NCBI GenBank assembly: GCA_946965045.2
Contig: OX337238.1
Span: forward strand, 3,345,955-3,409,954
Direction of reading: 5' to 3'
Source of the DNA: Epithemia pelagica
Lineage: Eukaryota > Protista > Bacillariophyta
Length of the DNA stretch: 64,000 nt
Shown: positions 55,061 through 64,000 of the stretch, one piece after another
Numbering within the stretch: the stretch's first letter is position 1
Layout: each line of letters begins with the position of its first letter
Translations under genes and position numbers: made by a program
Notes under the pieces: generated by a model
Database searches by the model: none
Seen by the model: the letters and a program-made list of their open reading frames with translations, nothing else
What the model was told of the DNA's origin: nothing

Positions 55061-57529
55061 TCTAAAGGTCCAATTCTCAAAGTGGTGATGAAGGGAAGGA
55101 TGAAGCCTAGATGTTTGTTTTCAAGTCATTGACTTGTTTTCTTCATTCGATTTCAATACTAGAACCTTGTAGGTAGTTACTCAAAAGTAGAAAGAACATG
55201 TTGCAAGATAGAAGGTGCTTGCTTGATTTCAAAGCTGTGGAAAGAAGGACCAAATTTTTTTGTCTCTACAAGTGGTAGTGCCACCACCGTGCTTGTGCGG
55301 TCGTGAGACTAGAATCTGGGGCTTTGTGGTGGCATCAGGGCACTTTGTAGGACACAGAGTCACCGTCCATGGATCGGTAGGTATATGGCAGGGACACCGA
55401 AATCCGACAGTGGTGCATTCCAGAGAGGACGAGTTTCGCATCGATCTCGTAGCCAAGGGCAATACGGTTTGTCGCCATTTTGTGTCCACTACGATTGAGT
55501 AGTGAAGAGTACTTTTAGTGTTCGTGACCGGGCAAATTCAGGCATGTTTTTTTGACATTGTGGTTGCCGTGACTGTCAAGGGTGCGCCATCCTGTCTTTC
55601 TTGGCTTGGGATGCTGTAGCTACGACACAATTTTGCTGTGGACCACGACCATTGGTGGATCATTTGTTACCATCCAAACAATACTTGAAGAACACCGAGG
55701 GAGAGTCTCCGCAGTAATTGGTTGTGATATTGGTGGACTTCTTGTCTGGTTTGAGTAAATAAGCATGTGAAGTCCTGGCGGTTCTTGCCGCATCGGCTTG
55801 TTCCTCTTGTGGTTGGTTCCTCCTTGTTGGAGCGACAAATCACTCGACGCGGGAAAGGTAGTGGTGGTGCTACTGTGTCAGTCGTTTCAGTCTGGGGTGC
55901 TGGTGGACCGTGTTCCAAAATAACCAACTTGTCGTGGTAGTCGTTCTTTGGTCCACACCAATTGCCGATGATCGATCGAGACCAATCATTCACTACTATT
56001 GGATATTGCGAGAAGGAGGGCAAAACGGGATGCCTGTTGTGCATCCGACGATTGTTGTTGTTGTTGTTGTTTCGGTCCTGTTGGTGGATCGGGAATCATG
56101 ATTTTTCTTTTCTTGTCATGCTCCTTGATGAAAGAGCAGGATGGTTGTTCTTGCTGTTGTTGTTTGGGTGTAATTGGTTGTTCTTGTTGTACGTTGTCGT
56201 CAACATATCGTAGTACAATCAAGTGACTGCATTGTCTTTGCTCTTTTCCTCCACGAACCACATCTGCTCGTGCTCCATGTTTTGGCTTGGTTCATGGTCG
56301 TGGTCGATGAATCCGACAAAAGGACGAAAAGGAGGAGTAACAGCACGACTGGCGAAACCTTGCGGACCCTGTAGTCCGCTTCTCTGATAGTTCTCTTTGG
56401 AAATCGAGCATGGTTGGTTGCTGCTTCTCTACATTCCTCGTCGTCATGTGAAGAACGAATGATTGTTGATCGAGCAAAGACGGAATGGAACTGTCGTTGA
56501 GAAGCAAGGGGAAGCAACCAGTCTCTCGACTGGCACTACCAGGTCGACAGTTGTTCAATGGAACTTGCTGTGGGTGCCTCTTGTCGTCTGTTGTTGGTTC
56601 AAAAATGCATCCCGGTACCTTATTCTCGCCTTTGGAGGAACGGGAAGCAACACTGCAAGAAGCGCCAGAAATGTTCTGGCAATTGGGCTGTCAATCTTGT
56701 TCATCCGTTCGTCGGAGCTACTAGCTTCATTTTTGTCAGTGTCCTTCTCTTCGTCCTGTTTGCCGTGTTCTGACTGGCTAGCATGTATGATGGTACTGCA
56801 TCGTTTGTTTTGGGGGATCTGATGTCTAGTCATTCCAGATCTGAGTTCTGCAATGGGAACCGCCAATTTGCTCATTCCTGAGAATTTGCGATTCTTGTCG
56901 CCGTCTTGTCTTATGAGTTCAGTCACTCTATCTTGTCGATGAACGGACTTCTCTTCAGGCTCGATACTAACATATACTCTTGTTTGTGCTCTTACTGCCT
57001 TGTCTCCTCAAATGCAGGCGTCTTCTGCTGTTGCAACAACGAAAGCGACTCAAAATGGGATAAATGACATGTTCCTTCTGGTCCATCTGGTCGTCAGATT
57101 CTCGTTTTGGCGTAGTTGTGCATGTGGCCTTGGCTCCGTCACAAAGCAATGCCCATTCGAATCATTGGATCAAGAAGTCAAGAAGACCACTCTCTGTTGT
57201 TGTTGTTGTTGCTGTCATTGTGAACAGTCCGCATGACCACGGGAATAATGGCGCTCCAAAAAAGGCTTTGGACGAGAGATGACTTGGAAACTAGGGATAT
57301 CGACCCAGTGGATGTTGGATGTTGGATTGGCCATCTGTGGACCTCTTCATCATACGAGGACTCGTCGTATCCTAAAAAGCACAGCAAAAGAAACTTCTTG
57401 GTACTTCTTGGGGCTTGTCATGTAATCTATGAGCGATTGACTTCCCTTCACCATCGTACGCATGACAGGCACAGCTCGCGTTGCTTAAAGCTGTCATTGC
57501 TCGTCCACGTTGTAGAGCGCCCCGTGACC

Positions 57530-58743
57530 ATGACAACGCCACTGAACGAACAAGCATGGCAGTCGGGCCTTGTCCTGTTAGACGAGACACCTGAATGGAA
57601 TTTCGAGGACTGGCCTCCTCTTGTGGGTGGATGGCGTGCAGGTCATGCTTCGGTCGTACTGAATCATCCCGATACGGAAAACGAGACCAACGACAGGCGG
57701 CAGACGGTCGTCGTGTTGGGAGGATATCAACAAGGCCAAGGCGATGTCAACTCCGTTCTGCTATTGAATCTGGCAGACCCAAACAAGCAGTGGCGAGAAG
57801 GGCCACCCATGAACAAGAAACGTGCTGGACATGCCACTGTTGCGTGCAACGGTGGCGTCTACGTCATGGGAGGTCGCAATACAACATCTTTGGATTGTCT
57901 GGAACGAATTGACTTGAATGATTTGTTTCAATCATCTTTGACAACAAGTAGCACACGTGCGAGCCATTGGACGACATTGACATGTCGATTATCAACGGGA
58001 CGAGTGGGATGTTGTGCTGTCGCGGTTCACAACCGATACATCGTTGTAATTGGTGGCTACAATAATCGTTATTTGTCGTCGGTGGATATTATAGATACAA
58101 ACAGCCACACTGTCATTGCCGGACCAAGCATGATTGTTCCACGGCAATGGTTTGCCAGTGCGGTCATTGGTCACCGCATCTTTGTCGTTGGAGGGTCTAA
58201 TGAGCATGGCAATCTTGCCTCGGTGGAGTATTTGGACTTCGCAACACCCTGTGGCAATGATGAGACAAAAAAGAGACTGGTTCTACATTCATTTCTTTCT
58301 CACCCACCTGGACCACTCATTCGGAGTTGAGGCTTTCCAATGCACGAAGTCCTTGTGCAATGGTTCCCGTGGGATCTTGTCTGGTGGTGGCGGGAGGATG
58401 GAGAAATTCAACCGTGGAAGTTTTGGATACGCACCGCAACCGTGTGTGGAATCTCCCACCATTCGGAAATGACCACAATGGCTGCAATATGGTGGCTGTT
58501 GCCAATCAAGTTGCCATGCTTGGAGGATGGTACAATCCATCCTGTGCGACATTACCACTTCTGGATAGGAATTCGTGGTGTTTTCGTCGACTCTGTGAGC
58601 AGCAATCGAACGGATGGTATCATTCTCTTGAAGGTATGCGTATCCGAGATGATGATTTCTCACCCTTCTCCACATCGACATCAGCTCGTAAACGAGCAAG
58701 GCAGAATACGCGCCAAAATAAGAAAGGGTCTGATGAAACATAG
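57530..58743 (+). pseudogene. Kelch gene K8 with a -1 frameshift
   Basis: gacaaaaaagagact vs gacaaaaaaggagact in K5 near 58273; both halves match the Kelch consensus. Confidence 0.82.
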
Positions 58744-59123
58744 CGGATTTTGTTCTCGAGCGGTTGACTCGTTTTCTACATTCAATTGTAATCCTAGGAC
58801 CTAGTAAGTGTTTACTCAAAAGTAGAAAGAACACGTTGCAAGTGGAGGTACTTCTTTGTTGTCAAAGGCTGGAAGGAACGATCCGACTTGTGAAATGACG
58901 CGACAAGAATCTGGTGCTTTTTCGCGGCATCGTGGCACTTTACACCACCCAAAGTCGTCGTCCATGGATTGGTACCTGTGGCAGCTAGGGCAAGAACCGA
59001 CAGTGGTGCATTCCCAAAAGGAAGAGTTTCGTCCAACCTCTCGATTTGGCTTTGGTTTTTGGTTCATGGTATCGTGTTTGATGAATCCGACAAGAGGACG
59101 AGACGGGTGGATCCAAAGGTCCA

Positions 59124-60520
59124 ATGATGAGAGGAGCAGGAGCAGGAGCAGAAACACGACCAGGTGAAACCTTGTTAGACCTGATGTTGCCTGATGCTGA
59201 TGGTTCTTCCTCGATATTTGACAATGGGCGACTTTTGGATGGAAGTAAGGAGGACCGTTTCATGTCTAATTCCGACATGACACCAAGAACGGGTTGTCCC
59301 TTTCAGAGGAGTCATCGCGCTCCAATCGCAATGCCTTCATCTAGCTGCTGTTGCATGTGAATCACAATACGTTGTTGCACTTGTCATGTGATGTCAAGCC
59401 GGAATTGCCCAATGAAGAGTTCGACAACGACGATGACAAATCCACAAGGGCGGCGGTCCAACCACCAACCACAGAGGAGACGGCCGATAATGACGATGTC
59501 GCCTCGTCGTTGAAAGTGCTAGGAATGTTGGTGGAATTGGCCCCTGAATTGCCTTAGAAGCGCAATACTCTTGAGATTTTTCCGATTCATTTGGCCTGTC
59601 AAGCCCATGCGACCGAATGTGTTCAGCTCTCAAGACGGAACCCGATTACCAGGGGCCTACACCTTGCAACTCGAACAGCCACGATCCAAACCCCTGCAAC
59701 ATTGTAATCGACGTGGTTGTCTCGTCCGAATGAGATTTCGTCTCGTCAGGACAACAGTTGCAACAAGGACAGTATCCCTCCAGGCCCAAGAGGAACCCAT
59801 CAAATCGGATCGGTCGTCGTGCCAGTTGTCGCAATGGACCAGCAGAACGACAACAAGGAATCGAGTCTTGTTGTTGCCACACCACATCCTCCCCAACAAC
59901 CAACGCAGCCACAAAAGAAGAAGGCCGTCATCTTTCATCCTCCTGACATACCTCTTTCCTGTGGCATTGACGACGACGAGTTAGGAAACCTCCACCACCA
60001 GTACTTCCTGTCGCAGCATTGCTCGTTCGATTGCTCATGCCTGTAAACAAGCTGCTCCCCATCGCGATGTCTTGCTCCTCAATGCCAGTTCCGCCGAAAC
60101 CTTGTTGCACGACAACAACACTGTCGAACAGCACTGTTGGACCTTGACCACTACATCCTTTGTGCCTCGTACCCAACTCAGCAGCAGCACCAACAACACA
60201 ACCACGACAACGAGTGCCACCGGTCATGTCTTGGCCATTATCGAAGCCTTGCCACCCACATCGTATGAATGTTTGGTCTTGTTGGAACACGAGTCGCCCG
60301 AGGCGGTTGTGTGGTCGAATGGTTTTGCTCGTCGCAGTCGGAATGGCGCAATTCGTGTATCTGTTTCTTGTTTGTCGTGGAATCGCCCGACCGTCTGGCT
60401 CGCTTATCACACTGCTTGGGTGGAGGGTGGATCGCTCCGACTTTTGGTGTAACCACCACAACGCTGTCTCTTGTGTGCACCATGACGACGACGACCAGGA
60501 CGATGCCACCAAGGAGGAAT
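59124..60520 (+). pseudogene. Diverged copy of the unknown 303-aa family
   Basis: Shares ETLLDLML, NTLLHLSCDVKPE and LEHESPEAVVWSNGFARR with 26002-26980, in broken frames. Confidence 0.45.
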
Positions 60521-61224
60521 GAAGCAAGACCGTACAGGGGTTCTTGGTCAAACCATTCATGTGTGTGGCTTCTGTGGTCATCCCAGCCCATATTTGGAGG
60601 AAACTCTCTTGTTGTTTGTTGTCGTCCTTGTTTGGACCATGGGTCGATTTGGGAATGGAAACAAAAGCAGCAGAGTGTCAGGAATGGTTGATGCTTTTCC
60701 ACTTTCCTCATCCTCCTCTTAGAAGAACGGCCATTGTTTCCGTTGAAAATTGTAGTGGGTCGTGTGATTCTCGTTTATTGTAGTCTTCAGGGAGGAGCGA
60801 CGGCTCCAGACAGCGGACACCTCTCCATGGCCATTTGTGTTTGTGGTGTCGTTGGTCGGAATGACTCCCCATCGAGAGCTATCATGACTCAGAAAGTAGA
60901 GATATCTACCCAGTGGATGTTGGATTGTCGATCTGTGGACCTCTTCGTCATAGGAGGACCTCTTTATCACAGATTGGGATGTCGATCTCTCTCCCTCGTC
61001 TCGTCGTATCTTACAGAAAAGATACTTTTCTTGGGGCTTGTCATGAAATCTATGTGCGACTGATGCCAGCACGCCCTTCATCATCGTACACAGGACAGGC
61101 ACAACCTTCCTCCACTCTCTCATCTCCTCTCTCCACGCAAAAAAGCTCGCTGCGAAAGCTTTCACGCGTTGCTCAATTGCAAAGCTGTCATTTCTCGTCG
61201 ACGTTGTTGTAAAGCGCCGTGACC

Positions 61225-62436
61225 ATGACAACGACACTGAAAGAACAAGCATGGCAGTCGGGCCTTGTACTTTTGGAAGAGACACCTGAATGGAATTTGG
61301 AGGACTGGCCTCCTCTTGTGGGTGGATGGCGAGAGCGTCATGCTTCGCTCGTACTCGACACGGACAACGATAACAAACACAAGAGACAAACTGTCGTCGT
61401 GTTGGGAGGATATAAACAAGGCCAAGGCCATACCAAGTCCGTGCTTGTATTGAATCTAGCAGACCCAAACAAGCAGTGGCGAGAAGGGCCACCGATGAAC
61501 AAGGCACGTTCTGGACATGCCGCTACTGTGTGCAACGGAGGAGTCTACGTCATGGGAGGCTACAATGGAAGCTCAGTATTTGATTGTATCGAACGAATTG
61601 ACGAAAAGGAGTTGCTGCTATCACCTTTAACAACAAACAGCATCACACATGCGAGCAATTGGACGACATTAACTTGTCGATTATCAACGCAACGATGGGG
61701 ATGTTGTGCTGTCGCAGTGCACAACCAATATATTGTTATGATGGGTGGCTACAACGGTCGTTATTTGTCGTCGGTGGATATTGTTGATACCAGGAACCAC
61801 ACTGTGATTGAAGGACCATCTATGACTGTTCCACGACAATTTTTTGCCAGTGCGGTCATTGGTCAGCGCATCTTTGTCGTTGGAGGCGGTAACGAGAATG
61901 GCGATCTTGACTCGGTCGAGTATATGGACTACGCAACCCTCTGTGACAATGATGAGGCAAAGAACAAGACTGGTTCGAGATTCATTTCCTTCTCGACCCT
62001 TTGGACCACTCATTCGGGGCTGAGGCTTTCCAATGCACGAAGGTCTTGTGCGATGGTTGCCGTGGGATCTTGTCTGGTTGTGGCGGGAGGATGGCACAAT
62101 TCAACCGTGGAAGTCTTGGATACGCACCGCAACCGCGTGTGGAATCTTCCACCATTAGATAATCACCGCGAAGGCTGCAGTCTAGTGACTGTTGCCAATC
62201 AAGTTGCCGTGATTGGTGGACTCCGCAATCCTTCCTGTGCAACATTACCACTACTGGATAGGAATACGTGGTGTTTTCGTTGTCTCTGTGAGCAGCAATC
62301 GAACGGATGGTATCATTCTCTTGAAGGTGTAGGTATCCAAGATGATGATATCTCACCCTTCTCCACATCGACATCAGCTCGTAAACATGCAAGGCCCAAT
62401 ACGCACCGTGGTGATGAAGGGAAGGATGGAACTTGA
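61225..62436 (+). CDS. Kelch-repeat protein K9
   Basis: Intact six-blade ORF; ATG at 61225. Confidence 0.9.
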   Translation: MTTTLKEQAWQSGLVLLEETPEWNLEDWPPLVGGWRERHASLVLDTDNDNKHKRQTVVVLGGYKQGQGHTKSVLVLNLADPNKQWREGPPMNKARSGHAATVCNGGVYVMGGYNGSSVFDCIERIDEKELLLSPLTTNSITHASNWTTLTCRLSTQRWGCCAVAVHNQYIVMMGGYNGRYLSSVDIVDTRNHTVIEGPSMTVPRQFFASAVIGQRIFVVGGGNENGDLDSVEYMDYATLCDNDEAKNKTGSRFISFSTLWTTHSGLRLSNARRSCAMVAVGSCLVVAGGWHNSTVEVLDTHRNRVWNLPPLDNHREGCSLVTVANQVAVIGGLRNPSCATLPLLDRNTWCFRCLCEQQSNGWYHSLEGVGIQDDDISPFSTSTSARKHARPNTHRGDEGKDGT

Positions 62437-63414
62437 AATTTGCAACGTATAGCATGTATGTCCTAACATTGGCGGAACTATAGCATTCTTATTTTATTCT
62501 CAAACAGTTGTTGCATTGTTTTCTTCTTGGCATTGCGACCTATAGAGATACCATGTACTTCGTTGTACTACCTAGTAGAGAACGAAAGTTACAACATCCG
62601 ACATGACACCGCAAACAGGAGTGGAGCCAGGCCTTGGGTAGATGTCTATGGTACCATGTCTCTCTGCTGTTGAATGGGTCGAGTTATCTTCCTGTGGAAG
62701 ATTATGGTTGCGTACGTGAAACACTAAGCTCAGCGACTCGTTTGGACGGTCGTCTTCGTTCCGACCATGCGTTCAATTGTCCTTTTATGGCCCATGCCTG
62801 TGTGAGAGGACAGTACGCCGTCTCTTGACGCTTGTGGTTTCGGGTGACAGGACATTTGCGAATCCTTTGGAATTTGTGACACCGTCGTGTTCGATATTTT
62901 CTCCAAATACAGCAACGATACTTTATCATGAGGTCGGCAATTTGATTGCATCGATCCAGCAATCAGTCTCTCCGTAGTGGCTCGTTGACAGTCCATGGTT
63001 ATCGGTGCATGGGGATCAACAAGAACAATCGCAGTGTGCAAAGTTATGTCTTGCCCCTCAATGCCAGTTCCGCCGAAACCTTGTTGCACGATTAGCACCA
63101 ACAAAACCACGACCCGCGCAGATCATGTCTTAGATCCTCTAGTCATGAGCGCCCACGAAGAACGAAAAACCTATGGATGCAAAACACAGGGATAGAAAAA
63201 AATAGATCAGAGCCATATATATACCAGTGGTTCTGTGTCGTTACTTTCGGTATCCAAAAACTTCTCGATGTGTGGTCTGCGACTATCACGATTTTTCTCT
63301 ATCCATCGATTTCGGCAAGTCAGTCGTGCTTCCAGTCGGCACCCATCAGAATCACAGGAGCAAAGCAAACAGTATCTCGATCATCATAAATTCCGCAGTA
63401 AAACGTTTGGAACC

Positions 63415-63540
63415 ATGCCGACGACATTGAAAGAACAAGCATGGCAATTGGACCTTGTCCTACCGGACGACACAGCAGAATGGAATGAAAACGACTGGCC
63501 TCATGCTTCCGTCGTGCTTGATCATCCCGATAAAGACAAT

Positions 63541-63581
<41 letters not shown>

Positions 63582-64000
63582 GAGACAGACGGTCGTCGTG
63601 ATGGGAGGAATTCAACAACGCCGAGGCTATGTCAATTCCATTCTTGTATTGAATCTAGCAGAATACAATAAGCAGTGGCGAGAAGGGCCACCCATGAACA
63701 AGGCACGTTATGGACATGCTGCTGTTGTGTGCAATGGCGGCGTCTACGTCATGGGTGGAGACCAAAGAGTCGGCGAGTCTTTGGATTGTATCGAACGAAT
63801 CGATGTCAGTGAATTGCTGCAATCATGTTCTACATCAAGCATCACACACGAGAGCCATTGGGCGACATTAACTTTTCGATTATCAACAGGGCGATGGGGA
63901 TGTGGTGCTGTTGCAGTTCACAACCGATACATCGTTGTAGTGGGTGGCTACAGCAATCGTTCTTTGTCGTCTGTGGATATTATTGATACCAGGAACCACA
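63415..64000 (+). CDS. Kelch-repeat protein K10 (partial, runs off the window)
   Basis: ATGCCGACGACATTGAAAGAACAAGCATGG start, open to the window end, an in-frame deletion in blade 1, and (AAC)13 at 63541-63579. Confidence 0.85.

Noticed and set aside
745-58273. All frameshifts being long-read assembly errors
   Set aside because: Some lesions sit in short homopolymers and could be errors. However, about 12 kb of TE ORFs and seven Kelch ORFs are intact, and LRR-TIR copy 2 has in-frame stops, so decay is the better reading. Read-level checks are still needed.
1-64000. CRISPR array, rRNA or tRNA genes
   Set aside because: No regularly spaced repeat-spacer array and no recognisable rRNA or tRNA sequence; the repeats are gene duplications and microsatellites.

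Overview
Eukaryotic DNA, most likely from a diatom or other stramenopile. This is an inference from the short GT-AG introns and from the copia and Harbinger elements, which resemble diatom families. The window is a tandem multigene array. It holds 10 intronless Kelch beta-propeller genes (7 intact, 2 disrupted, 1 cut by the window edge) and three minus-strand copies of an LRR-helical-TIR gene spaced about 27 kb apart, all disrupted in this sequence. Fragments of several small uncharacterised gene families lie between them. Five transposon classes have inserted into the array, each with sequence-defined ends: a very young Ty1/copia element (12714-19046), a MULE-like non-autonomous element (20120-20862), a CRE-clade RLE non-LTR retrotransposon (31517-38870), a Stowaway-like MITE (44312-44881) and a PIF/Harbinger transposon (50563-53704). 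The most notable observations are four. (1) The Kelch paralogs are patchworks of shared blocks with hypervariable ligand-face positions and sit beside LRR-TIR genes, a candidate immune-like receptor cluster. (2) Two unclassified insertions each end in a related 170-210 nt rod-like fold with repeated TCCTC(GTC) internal loops. (3) The copia element carries a gag-pol UGA readthrough signal. (4) Its primer-binding site matches the D-arm of initiator tRNA-Met rather than the tRNA 3' end. No searches or folding programs were run; all base pairings were read by eye.
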